Shown: positions 30,627-40,377, counted from the first letter of the stretch. The stretch: DNA of 64,000 nucleotides from Polyangiales bacterium (GCA_964202905.1 CAXNJO010000007.1:165095-229094); one strand, 5' to 3'. Translations and numbers: made by a program. Notes: a model not told the origin generated them from the sequence alone.

Positions 30627-31850
30627 ATGCCTCTCGCGCGGCTCCTGATCTTCTTCGCGGTCCTCGTCGGCGTCGACGCGCTCATGCACTACTACGTGTG
30701 GGCGCGTCTCGTGCGTGATGCGGCGCTGCCCGCGCCGTGGGCGCGAACGCTGGGCATCGCGGTCGTCGTGCTGGCGGTGCTGCCCCTCGCGGCGATGTTG
30801 GCGACGCGCCTTCTTCCCCGCGCGGTGGGCGGCCCGCTCACCTGGGTCGCGATGGTTTGGGCCGGGTTGCTGTTCTTCTCGGTGGTGTTGCTCGGCGTGG
30901 TCGACCTCGGCCGCGGGCTCACCACGCTCGCGTTGCGCGGCGCGGCCGCGGCGCACGTCGCGGACGGTCCGGGCGTGGCGGGAGCGCTCGCAGCGGGCGC
31001 CGACCCGGGGCGGCGGGACGCGCTCGCGCGTCTGCTGTCGGGGGCCGTGTCGGCCGCGGTCGTCGGGCTCGGCAGTTGGTCTCTCTGGGAGGGGTTGCGG
31101 AGCGTCGCGGTGCGGCGCGTGGTGGTGCGGCTCGCGAAGCTTCCGCGCGCGCTCTCGGGTTACACCATCGTGCAACTCACGGACGTGCACGTCGGGCCGA
31201 CGATCGGGCGCGACTTCGTCGAGGAGATCGTGCGCAAGGCGAACGCCGCGTCACCCGACCTCATCGTCATCACCGGGGACCTCGTCGACGGGAGTGTCGC
31301 CGAGCTGGGGCCGCTCGTCGCGCCGCTCCGTGGCTTGCGGGCGCCGGACGGCGTGTTCTTCGTCACGGGCAACCACGAGTACTACAGCGGTGCGGACGAG
31401 TGGGTCGCGGAGCTCGAGCGGCTCGGGATCCGCGTACTCCGGAACGAGCGCGTGGGCCTGCGCGACGCGGAGGCGGGCGGGCTCGATCTGGCGGGCGTCG
31501 ACGACTGGACGGCCGCCGGATTGCTCGCGGACCACGGGCACGACCTGCCAAAGGCGCTCGCCGGGCGCGATGAGGGGAGGGCGCTCGTGCTGCTCGCTCA
31601 TCAGCCGAAGTCGGTCGTCGAGGCGGCGCAGCGCGGCGTGGACCTCGTGCTCAGCGGGCACACGCATGGCGGACAGCTCTTCCCGTTCAACTACCTCGTG
31701 AAGCTGCAGCAACCCTTCGTCGCCGGGCTGCACCGGCACGAGGGCACGCACATCTACGTGAGCCGCGGGACGGGCTACTGGGGCCCGCCGATGCGGCTCG
31801 CCGCCCCCGCTGAGATCACGCGCATCGAACTCGAGAGCGCGGCGGCCTGA
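30627..31850 (+). CDS. Membrane-bound calcineurin-like metallophosphoesterase (YkuE-like)
   Basis: TDVH, GDLVD, GNHE, LAHQP, GHTHGGQ, GYWGPPMR; N-terminal TM helices. Confidence 0.92.
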   Translation: MPLARLLIFFAVLVGVDALMHYYVWARLVRDAALPAPWARTLGIAVVVLAVLPLAAMLATRLLPRAVGGPLTWVAMVWAGLLFFSVVLLGVVDLGRGLTTLALRGAAAAHVADGPGVAGALAAGADPGRRDALARLLSGAVSAAVVGLGSWSLWEGLRSVAVRRVVVRLAKLPRALSGYTIVQLTDVHVGPTIGRDFVEEIVRKANAASPDLIVITGDLVDGSVAELGPLVAPLRGLRAPDGVFFVTGNHEYYSGADEWVAELERLGIRVLRNERVGLRDAEAGGLDLAGVDDWTAAGLLADHGHDLPKALAGRDEGRALVLLAHQPKSVVEAAQRGVDLVLSGHTHGGQLFPFNYLVKLQQPFVAGLHRHEGTHIYVSRGTGYWGPPMRLAAPAEITRIELESAAA

Positions 31851-32030
31851 GCGCTCGTCGCGGGCCGGCTTGGGTCGGGGACGTGGCCTGCACGGCGTGG
31901 CGGTCAGAACGCGCAGCGGGGCGGCGCAAGGCGTGCACGACGCGCGTACGGAGCCGTGGGGCGGGCGCGTGCAGGGGGGGCGACGTCGTCGCGCTGGCGC
32001 GTCCGGGGCGCCGGGCTAGCTTGGACGCCG

Positions 32031-33233
32031 ATGACCGAGCGCGTGCGCCCCGACTCCCTGTTGACCGAGGTCGTTCATGCGGGTGAACCGCGCTCGCACG
32101 CGCACCACGCGGTGACCCCGCCGATCGTGCAGACGGCGACCTACTCGTTCCGCGATACCGCGGCGCTCGTCGACTACATGGAAGGCCGCGAGGACCGCGA
32201 CGAGTACGGACGCTACGGCAACCCCTCGGTGCGCGTCGTCGAGGCGCGCCTCGCCGCGCTCGAGGGCGCGGAGGAGGCGCTGCTCTTCGGCAGCGGGATG
32301 GCGGCCATCACGACGGCGATCCTCGCGCTCGTCAAGGGCGGCGCCCACGTCGTGCTCTTCGCGGACTGCTACCGGCGCACGCGGCAGTTCGTGACCCAGA
32401 CGCTCGAACGCTTCGGCGTCGCGCACACGCTCGTGCCGCCGGCCGACCTCGACGCGCTCGCCGCGGCGCTCCGCCCCGAGACGCGGCTCGTCATCAGCGA
32501 GGCGCCGACGAACCCTTACCTCAACGTCGTGGACCTCGAGGCCGTCGCGCGGATCTGTCGCGCGCGGCGCGTCAAGACCCTGATCGATGCGACGTTCGCG
32601 ACGCCGGTGAACCTGCGCGCGCACGCGCACGGCGTCGATCTGGTCGTGCACAGCGCGACGAAGTACCTCGCGGGGCACAACGACGTCCTCGCGGGCGCCG
32701 TGAGCGGGACGGGCGCTCTGATGTCGCTCGTGCGCGAGGCGCGCGACGTGCTCGGCGGCGTGTGCGACCCGCACGCCGCGTACCTGGTCGGCCGCGGGCT
32801 CAAGACGCTCGGGCTCCGCGTCGCGCAACAGAACAAGACCGGCCTCGCACTCGCGCGCGCGCTCGAGGGGCACCCGCGCGTGTCGCGCGTCTGGTATCCG
32901 GGGCTCGCGTCGCATCCGCACCACGAGGTCGCCGCGCGGCTGCTCCGCGGCCATGGCGGCGTGGTGACCTTCGCGCTCGATGGTTCGCTCGAGGAGACCA
33001 GCGCCTTCATCGATGCGCTGCGCATCCCGCGCATCGCGCCGAGCCTCGGGGGCGTGGAGTCGCTCGTCGAGCAGCCCGCGCTCATGAGCTTCTACGAACT
33101 GAGCGAAGCGCAGCGCGCGGCGGTGGGGATCAGCGGTTCGCTCGTGCGCTACGCGGCTGGCATCGAGGACACCGACGACCTCGTCGCCGACGTGCTCCGC
33201 GCGCTCGAGCACGGCCGCTCCGCCACCGGCTGA
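32031..33233 (+). CDS. Cys/Met metabolism PLP enzyme (cystathionine gamma-synthase-like)
   Basis: YGRYGNP, SGMAAI, HSATKYLAGHND, PSLGGVESL. Confidence 0.9.
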   Translation: MTERVRPDSLLTEVVHAGEPRSHAHHAVTPPIVQTATYSFRDTAALVDYMEGREDRDEYGRYGNPSVRVVEARLAALEGAEEALLFGSGMAAITTAILALVKGGAHVVLFADCYRRTRQFVTQTLERFGVAHTLVPPADLDALAAALRPETRLVISEAPTNPYLNVVDLEAVARICRARRVKTLIDATFATPVNLRAHAHGVDLVVHSATKYLAGHNDVLAGAVSGTGALMSLVREARDVLGGVCDPHAAYLVGRGLKTLGLRVAQQNKTGLALARALEGHPRVSRVWYPGLASHPHHEVAARLLRGHGGVVTFALDGSLEETSAFIDALRIPRIAPSLGGVESLVEQPALMSFYELSEAQRAAVGISGSLVRYAAGIEDTDDLVADVLRALEHGRSATG

Positions 33234-33337
33234 GGGGGGGCACGTGACGCGGACGCGCGCGATGCAGCACGCGCGAGGGGGAGCAGGATTCGCGGTCGTG
33301 GGATGGGTTCTGCGGGACGGGCGCGCGGCGCCGTGCG

Positions 33338-34046
33338 TCAGGGCGCCGCGAGCGTGACCCAGATCTCGTTGCGCCGGCCACATCGGCAGCGTCCAGGGCG
33401 GGTCGTAGCGGCTGACCTCGGGAGGCGCGGCGCTGCGCCAGCCGTGCGCGCGCACCCAGGCCTCGAGCCGCGCCATCTCCACGTCGATGCGCGTCTGCGT
33501 CGTGCGCCCCGAGAAACGCAGGCTCGCGACGCGCTCGGGTGCGAGCGCGCGCAGCGTGACGCGCGCATCGAGCGGTTCGGGGAGCGTCGCCACGGTGCGC
33601 CCGGCCGGCATCGTGAAGGAGACGGTCCACGCCGTGCCTTCCGGCGTCTGTCCGACGGGGGCGGTCATGGCGATGCGCTCACCCTCGCGCGTCTGTCCGA
33701 CGGGGGCGGTCATGGCGATGCGCTCACCCTCGGCGCGCTGCGCGGTCGACGTGCTCGCGGTGCCGCGGCGATTGCCGCCAAAGATGTAGCCCGCCAGGCG
33801 CCGGAACCCCTCGCTCGCGGCGGCGTCGCGGTCGCCGACGACGCGGGTCGTCGCGAGCACGCGCGGCGCATACGCCCGCACCTCGAAGTCGCCCTCACGC
33901 AGCACCACCTCGTGCCGCGGCTCTTCGACCTTGCGTCCCATGCGCTGGCTCCCTTCGACCGCAGCAGCGCCGACGCCGACGAGGAGCGCGCCGACCACGA
34001 GGCGCGCGATCCAAGGCCGACCTGCGAGCGCTCGTACACCGGGCAC
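33338..34046 (-). CDS. SOUL-family heme-binding protein; apparent +1 frameshift at ~33377
   Basis: FEVRAY, GFRRLAGYIFGGN, IAMTAPV (x2), YDPPWTLP; removing one C gives the canonical RRNEIW end. Confidence 0.88.
33644..33732. repeat. Two identical 44-bp copies (45-bp period) encoding EGERIAMTAPVGQT
   Basis: 33644-33687 identical to 33689-33732. Confidence 0.92.
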
Positions 34047-34247
34047 CGGCTGAACATAGGCCCAAGGCGCCGCGCGACCCTTGCCCGACGATACGGCAGC
34101 CGTTCACGGGGGACGGGACGTCGGACGTTCGCCCCGCGCACACGCGGGTGCGTCGCGTCGAACGATCGTGCGGGACTCGACGGGCCGGACCAGCAGCGAC
34201 GCCGTCTGCTCCCTCGACCTGCGCAACGCGGGCTGACGGCGACGGAC

Positions 34248-34970
34248 TTACCCTACGTCAGGCGCTGCGTGGCGGCGCCCGTCATAGGCGTAGAGGGCGC
34301 CGAAGAGCGCGATCGCCGCGAGCGAGATCCACTGGTAGAGCGTGAGGCCGAGCGCGAGCCGCGGCTCCGGGCGGATCCACTCGGTCGCGAAGCGATACGC
34401 GAAGTACGCGAGGTAGTAGAGCTTGATGCGTTGACGCGGACAGCGGCCGCTGCGACCGAGCGCGACGAGCGCGGCCGCGGCGCCGAAGTGGAACACCGCT
34501 TCGTAGAGTTGAGTCGGGTGGCGCGGTGCGCCGTCGTGGAAGCGCACGCCGAAGGGCAGGGTCGTCGGTGTGCCGAAGCAGCAACCCGCGACGAAACAGC
34601 CGAGGCGCCCGATGCCGACCGACACCGCGAGCGGCACCGCGAAGCCGTCGCCCGTCTTCGCGCGCACGCCCCCGACGCCCTTCGCGAGCTCGACGCCGAG
34701 GTAGCCTCCGACGAGCCCCAGCGTGAGCGTTCGACCGCCCTCGAGCCACGCGCGACCGGAGATGAGCGCGTCCAGATCCGTGAACAAATACGGGAGTTTG
34801 GCGAAGAGCGTCCCGCCGACGAGCGCCCCGGTGAGCAGCCCCGCGCGCTGCAGGCGCGAGAGCCCGGCGGGCTGCTGCGCGCGCGTGAGGCGCGAGACGA
34901 GCCCGCCCGCGACGACCGAGGCGATCATCACCGCGACGTAGGCCGGCGTGACGCCGTCCGCGTCCCCCAT
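34248..34970 (-). CDS. Divergent prolipoprotein diacylglyceryl transferase (Lgt)-family protein
   Basis: GRLGCFVAGCCFG, RHPTQLYE, YRFATEWIR; several TM helices; GGRTLTLG in place of GGMSFHGG. Confidence 0.85.
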   Translation of the reverse strand: MGDADGVTPAYVAVMIASVVAGGLVSRLTRAQQPAGLSRLQRAGLLTGALVGGTLFAKLPYLFTDLDALISGRAWLEGGRTLTLGLVGGYLGVELAKGVGGVRAKTGDGFAVPLAVSVGIGRLGCFVAGCCFGTPTTLPFGVRFHDGAPRHPTQLYEAVFHFGAAAALVALGRSGRCPRQRIKLYYLAYFAYRFATEWIRPEPRLALGLTLYQWISLAAIALFGALYAYDGRRHAAPDVG

Positions 34971-34973
34971 GCG

Positions 34974-36481
34974 CTAGCCCGCGCCGTCGCGGCCCGGCGC
35001 GCGCACGCGCAGCGGCACGAGCGCGGCGTCGGGCGCATCCCTGGCGGCCGCGGGTCGCGCGAGCGGCGGCAGCGGCAGGTGCCCGTCGCGGTAGAGGACG
35101 TTGTACGCGCAGAACGGGATCACGTGGCCGCTCGGCAGCACGTGGTGGATGCAGCACTTCATCACGCGACGGACGTCGAAGTTGTACGCGTCGAGGAAGC
35201 TCGTGATCGTGATGCGGAAGACGTCTTCGGGGCCGAGGTCCTCCGCGAGCGCGCGTCGGAAGAATTCGGCCGCGGGGCCGCTCACGTCGGGCGCGCGACC
35301 GGCCTTCGCCTGCTGCGCGAGGAAGGTCGCCACCGAGTCGCACGCGCCGTCGTCGCAACCCGTCTTCGCGAGGTAATCGGCGACGAGCTGCCGTGCGCGG
35401 GGACGCGTGTAGGTGATGCCGTTGGCGAGCAGATCGATGTGCGCGCGCGGGTCGATGAAGCGGGTGAGCGGCAGCACGCGCCCCTCGGTGCGGAACGCGT
35501 ACGTGAGCGTGTGGCAGTTCGGGTGCGCGCAGGGCAGGGGGATGAAGTCGCTCTCGAGAAAGAGGCCGTCCGTCTGCGCGGCGATCGCGCGCACGACGTC
35601 GGGGAAGGTGATGCGCCGCTCGAGCTCCTCCGGCAGCACGTGCCGACCGCTGTACGTCGCGGGCTGAAAGCTCACGCCCGTCACCCACGGGCGCTCCGCG
35701 CCGTAGCGCACGAGGCGGCCGATCTCGTGGTCGTTGACGCCCGGCTGCAGCGTGCAGACGAGGATGACGCGCACGCCCGCGCGCCCGAGCGCCTCGACGG
35801 CCGCGAGCTTCTTCGCGGCGAGCGGCGCGCCGCGGAGCGCCTGCTGCGCGTCGTCGTCGAACGAGTCGAACTGCAGGTAGACCTCGAGGCGCTTGCGGTG
35901 GCGCGCGACGGCCTCGACGAGCCCGGGATCGCTCGCGAAGCGCAGGCCGTTCGAGTTGATCATCACGAGGTCGATGCGCTGCGCGCAGGCGTAGTCGAGG
36001 ATGCGCTCGAACTCGGGGTGGATCGTCGGTTCGCCCCCGGAGAGCGCACGACCTCGGCGCCGCCCTCGACCTCGACGTACTCGGTCGATCGCGCGGCGCA
36101 CGTCCTCGAAGGGGCAGGTGCGCGCCACCCGGGCCGCTCGACGCGTAGCACATCGGGCAGCGCAGGTTGCACGCGCTCGTGAGCTCGATGAGGCCGATGC
36201 AGGTGTGTTGCTCGTGCTCCTCGCAGAGCCCGCAGTCTTTCGGGCAGCCCTCCTTCGCGTCGACGCCGAACACCGGCGGGACCTTGCCGGGGACGGAGTA
36301 TTCGAGCCGGTCGAAGTGCGTGGCGTCCGAGCAGACGAAGTCCTCGCGGGCGCCGTGCGACGGGCATTTCTTGAGGATACACGCGTCCGTCGCGCACGAC
36401 GATCTTCGCCGGGACGACCTCGAGGCACTCGGGGCAGAGGCTCTGGGTGAGGCCGAGGAAGGTGTGGGGACGCAGCTCCAT
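34974..36481 (-). CDS. Radical SAM protein, Tes/GDGT-MAS (MJ0619)-like; ~4 single-base indels between 36045 and 36376
   Basis: Reassembled across frames: TQSLCPEC...KKCPSHG, GCPKDCGLC, CNLRCPMC (CX3CX2C), SGGEPT, NSNG, YLQFD, FQP, PCAHPNC, RVMKCCIH...IPFCAYN. Confidence 0.85.
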
Positions 36482-36486
36482 GGTGG

Positions 36487-36984
36487 TCAGTGGAAGTTGA
36501 GGCCGCCCGAGCCGCTGAGCATGGCCAGACACGCGATGAAGAAGAGCACGAACGCGGCCAGCGAGAGGGCCGCGATGCCGATGAGCACCGCGGCGACGAT
36601 GAGCACGGCCTTGGCGGCCGAGTCGATCCAGTCGGTCTGTCGGGGCACGAGGTCGCCGCGCGCGTCGAAGGCTGCGTGGGACCATCGGCGCTGCCGCTGC
36701 ATCGCGACGATGACGACGGCGAGCCCCGCGACGAGCGGGAGGACGACCGCCGCGAAGCCGAGCGCGATGCCGGGGGCTTCCACGAGCAGCACGACGAAGA
36801 TCCCCACGAGGACGAGCGCGACGACGGCCGCGGCGAAGGTCGCGAGCGTCGCCGAGGCGAGATCGCGGGGCGGGTTGGCGGGACGGGGCGGAGTCGCGAC
36901 GAGCGGCGCGCGGCACATCCAGCAGTCGCCCGCCGGGAGCCGGATGCTCGCGCCGCAGGCCGCGCACACGGTGTACTCCGTCAC
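36487..36984 (-). CDS. Small membrane protein with N-terminal zinc ribbon and C-terminal TM-Cys motif
   Basis: GTG overlaps upstream stop; CAAC...CWMC; three hydrophobic segments; ends FVLFFIAC-LAMLSGSGGLNFH. Confidence 0.7.
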   Translation of the reverse strand: MTEYTVCAACGASIRLPAGDCWMCRAPLVATPPRPANPPRDLASATLATFAAAVVALVLVGIFVVLLVEAPGIALGFAAVVLPLVAGLAVVIVAMQRQRRWSHAAFDARGDLVPRQTDWIDSAAKAVLIVAAVLIGIAALSLAAFVLFFIACLAMLSGSGGLNFH

Positions 36985-37714
36985 GCGCGCGGCTCCGTGG
37001 CGTCGACGGTGGCGCGGTCTCCCGCGTCCGTCGCCCCTCCCGCGGGCGCGGCGGGCGGCGTCGCTGCGCGGCGGGCGGCGTAATCCTGCGCCGACTCGAC
37101 GCTCGCCTGCACGACACGGGCGAGCACGACGCCCGTCAGGCCGAGCGCGAGCACGGTGAGCGCCGCGTGGTAGGGCGCCACCCGCGTCGCCGGGCGTAGC
37201 CAAGCGGCGCCGGCGACGAGCGAGCCGCCACCGAGCAGCGCGCCCGATGCGTGGCGACCAGCGCACGTGGCGCGCGTCCTCGCGCAGCGCCGAGAGCGCG
37301 ATCAGCGGGAAGTAGACGACGACCAGCGGACTCGCGGGGCCATCGGCGATGGAGAGCATCGCCGTCAGCAGGAGCGTGTCGGTCGCCGCCGTGACGTACT
37401 TCAGCCAGGGGAGGGAAGAGCGCGGCCAGGGCAGGGCGAGCGACGACGCCGCCCGCGAGCGCGATCCACGCGACGGCGAGCGCCGTGATCGCGCCGTGGA
37501 AGCGCGCATCGACGCCGGCGACGGGCGCGAGCTGCACCGGGCCAAGGTGCAAGCCGTAGCGGTTCACGAGCTCGAGCGCATAGAACGCGGCGACGCCGAC
37601 GACGCGAAGTACGTTGGCGCGCTGCTCGCCCTCGTACTCGCGCCAGCGCGCGACGATGCGCCAGTCTTCGTCGCGCGCCACGTGGCCGCCCGTCACTGCG
37701 CCGCGGCGCGCCAC
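36981..37714 (-). CDS. Multi-pass membrane protein; several apparent indels at ~37230-37260 and ~37410-37440
   Basis: Protein-like segments in three frames: WRIVARWREYEGEQRANVLRVVGVAAFY / WLKYVTAATDTLLLT...GPASPLVVVYFPLIALSALR / APYHAALTVLALGLTGVVLARVV. Confidence 0.65.
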
Positions 37715-37724
37715 GCGGGCCCGA

Positions 37725-40220
37725 TCAGCGGCCTGGCGGAGCTGCTGCGGTCGCCGCGCCGGTGTTCATCTCGCGCAGCTTCGCGCGGGCCTCGTCGGCG
37801 CCAGGGCCGCCCGCGTCGCGCGCGCGGAAGAGGAGACCGCGCTCGTTCATGTCGCCGAGCAGCTCGGCGGCGGTCACACGGAGCGCCGCGTCGCTGCCGA
37901 CGAGCGCCTCGTAGAGCTTCTCACGGGCGAAGCGCGCGCTCGCGCCGCCCGGGCCGCTCCAGCCCGCGCGGAGCCGCTCGATCAGCTTGTTCCACGGGAG
38001 GATGAAGTGGTTGTCGCCCTCGCCGACGCGCATCACGCGCGCAGCGGCGATGCGGCGCAGGGCGGCGCCCGTCGTGAACATCTCCTCGGTGATCAGCTCG
38101 AGGTCGTCGCTGTTGTCCGACTGGAAGGCGAGCAGCATCACCTCGCGCAGGTCGCGGTCGGCGGTGAGCACCTCGAGGAGCTTCGTCGCGGCGTCCTCGC
38201 TGCCGCCGAGCGCGATCGCGAAGGCCGCGTCGCGGCGCGTGCCCTCGGCCGCGAGCAGCTCGATGAGGCGCGCGTCGTTCGCGGGGTCCGCGGCGTAGCC
38301 GACCGCGAGGGCGGCCGCGCGCGAGACCTCGGGCGGGATGCCCTGCTGCTCGCCGAAGAGCGCGAGCAGGTCGCCGGCGATGGCCCGGCTCGGCTTCTGC
38401 CAGAGCGACTGCGCGTAGAACGCACGCACCTGCGCGTCGACGCTCGCGTCGCGGACCTTCGCGACGATCTCGCGGAGGGTCGCCTCGTCGGCGATGCGCC
38501 CGACGGAGATGGCGGCGGCGAGCCGCACGCGGACGTCGTCCTTGCCGTCCTCGACCACCGTGCGCAGGTCGGCGAGGGCCGCCGCGTTGCCGAAGTAGCC
38601 GAGCGCCTCGGCCGTCTTCGAACGGTTCCGGTAGCTCGTCTCGGTCGGGATGCTCGGCTCGGAGTAGTCGATGTCCTTCGGGCGCTTCAGCATCGCGAGC
38701 AGCTTCGGGTACGCGCTCGGGCAGCGGAGATCGCCGACCGCGATGAGCGCCGCCTCGGTGTCGTCGACGGTGTCGGGGGGGACGCCGTCGGGGTGCACTT
38801 CGCGCCAGATCGCGTCGCACGCGGCCGTGTTGCCGCTCGCGCCGATCGCGCGGAGCAGCGCGGCGTGCCGCGTCGGGAACTCGTCGAGCAGCGCGGCGAG
38901 CGCGGGGCCGGCGGCGGCGGCGCGCATCCCGCGGAGCGCGTCGATCGCGTCCTGACCGTCGGACTCGGCCGCGCCGCGGGCGAGGGCGAGGAGCGCCTCC
39001 ACCGCGCGCGCGTCGCCGAGGTCCGCGAGTCCGAGCGCCGCGGCGAGGCGGGTGTCCACGTCCGCGTCGGCCGCGAGGCCCGCGAGCGTGTCCGCGGCGG
39101 CCGGGTCGTGCGTCTCGCGCAGCATCGTGACGAGCTCGCGCTTGAGCGCGGCGTCGGTCGCCGACCCGATGAGGGCGATGAGGCCCTTCGCGCCGATCGA
39201 CTTCTTCATGGCGTCGAGGAGCGACTGCTTGAGCGCCGGCTGCCGCGTCAGGAGCGCGAAGAGCGGGGCGCCCGCGCGCGGATCCCCCGTGCGGCCGAGC
39301 CCCGCGGCCGCAGCCCGCACGACCTCCGGCTCCGCGTCGCCGAGCAGGCGGATGAGCGGATCGACGGCCTCCGGGGACGCCGCCTCGCTGAGCGCCATCG
39401 CGGCCAGCGTGCGGACCGCGATGCCGTTCTCGCCGCCGGTCAGGCCCGCGAGCCGCGAGATCCCGAGGACGTCGGAGATGACCTTCGGGTCGAAGCCATC
39501 CTGCTGCTGGAGCCGACCATCCGAGAAGGCGGCGACGATCTTGTCTGCCGCCGCCGGCTCACGGAGGAGGGCGAGCGCCCAGATGACCTTGGCTTCCTGC
39601 GCCACGTTCATCGAGGGGAGCACCTCGAGCAGCTTCGCCTTGGCGGGCTCCGCCGCGGGCAGGCCGATCGCGGCGAGCGCGAGGGCGGCCTCGCCGCGCA
39701 CGTTCTGGTCGTCGCCGCCGAGTGCCGCGATGAGCGCAGGCACGGCGGCTGCGTGCCGGTATTCCTTGATCTTCCGGATGTACTGGATCTTCACGTCCTC
39801 GAAGGTCGTGAGCGGGAGGTCCGCGCTGATGGCGCTGAGGAACGCGTCCCGTGAGGGCGCCTCCTGCGCGACCTCCCAGACGTCCCAGCGGTGCGACTCC
39901 GCCTCGCTGCGCTTCCACCAGAGGAACACGAGCGCACCCGCGCCGACGAGCAGGAGGAGGGCCGAGATGCGGCCGAACCACGACGTGCGCTGGGAGATCC
40001 GCCGCGCCGCGTCGCGGTCGTCGTCGCCGTAACCGCCACCACCGCCTCCCGGGGGCGGCTCGTCGGGCACGTCGGGGACGTCCGGGAGGTCGTCGTCGTC
40101 GGGGGCGGCGGCGAGCAGGGGCCGGAGCGACTCCGGCGAGGGGCGCTCAGGCGCGGGCAAGGGGCGGTGCGCGTTTTGCGCTCCCGCGAAAGACTGCGGA
40201 TCGAGACCGTTCGGCTCCAT
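37725..40220 (-). CDS. Single-pass membrane protein with large HEAT/PBS-lyase repeat domain
   Basis: GGAGG RBS; acidic/Pro-rich N-terminus, TM ISALLLLVGAGALVFLWW, many VRxxAAxALG repeats. Confidence 0.85.
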   Translation of the reverse strand: MEPNGLDPQSFAGAQNAHRPLPAPERPSPESLRPLLAAAPDDDDLPDVPDVPDEPPPGGGGGGYGDDDRDAARRISQRTSWFGRISALLLLVGAGALVFLWWKRSEAESHRWDVWEVAQEAPSRDAFLSAISADLPLTTFEDVKIQYIRKIKEYRHAAAVPALIAALGGDDQNVRGEAALALAAIGLPAAEPAKAKLLEVLPSMNVAQEAKVIWALALLREPAAADKIVAAFSDGRLQQQDGFDPKVISDVLGISRLAGLTGGENGIAVRTLAAMALSEAASPEAVDPLIRLLGDAEPEVVRAAAAGLGRTGDPRAGAPLFALLTRQPALKQSLLDAMKKSIGAKGLIALIGSATDAALKRELVTMLRETHDPAAADTLAGLAADADVDTRLAAALGLADLGDARAVEALLALARGAAESDGQDAIDALRGMRAAAAGPALAALLDEFPTRHAALLRAIGASGNTAACDAIWREVHPDGVPPDTVDDTEAALIAVGDLRCPSAYPKLLAMLKRPKDIDYSEPSIPTETSYRNRSKTAEALGYFGNAAALADLRTVVEDGKDDVRVRLAAAISVGRIADEATLREIVAKVRDASVDAQVRAFYAQSLWQKPSRAIAGDLLALFGEQQGIPPEVSRAAALAVGYAADPANDARLIELLAAEGTRRDAAFAIALGGSEDAATKLLEVLTADRDLREVMLLAFQSDNSDDLELITEEMFTTGAALRRIAAARVMRVGEGDNHFILPWNKLIERLRAGWSGPGGASARFAREKLYEALVGSDAALRVTAAELLGDMNERGLLFRARDAGGPGADEARAKLREMNTGAATAAAPPGR

Positions 40221-40377
40221 CGGATTCGCCCTCCCGGCGTGGGTCGGCGCGAACCATAGCGGCGACCGGGGCGTTTCTGCAACGGCGAAACCCCCGGCTC
40301 CCGCCCGCGGGACGAATCGGCAGCATGCCTGCTCGACCCTCAAGCCATGGAGCCCGGCGTCCGTTATCCTCCGCCCC

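Noticed and set aside
34974..36481. MoaA or RiPP-maturase (SPASM) assignment for the radical SAM
   Set aside because: The N-terminal CxxC...CxxH and CPxDCGLC and the C-terminal CCIH...PFCxYN motifs fit the MJ0619/Tes layout; no SPASM Cys pattern, precursor peptide or PqqD domain seen.
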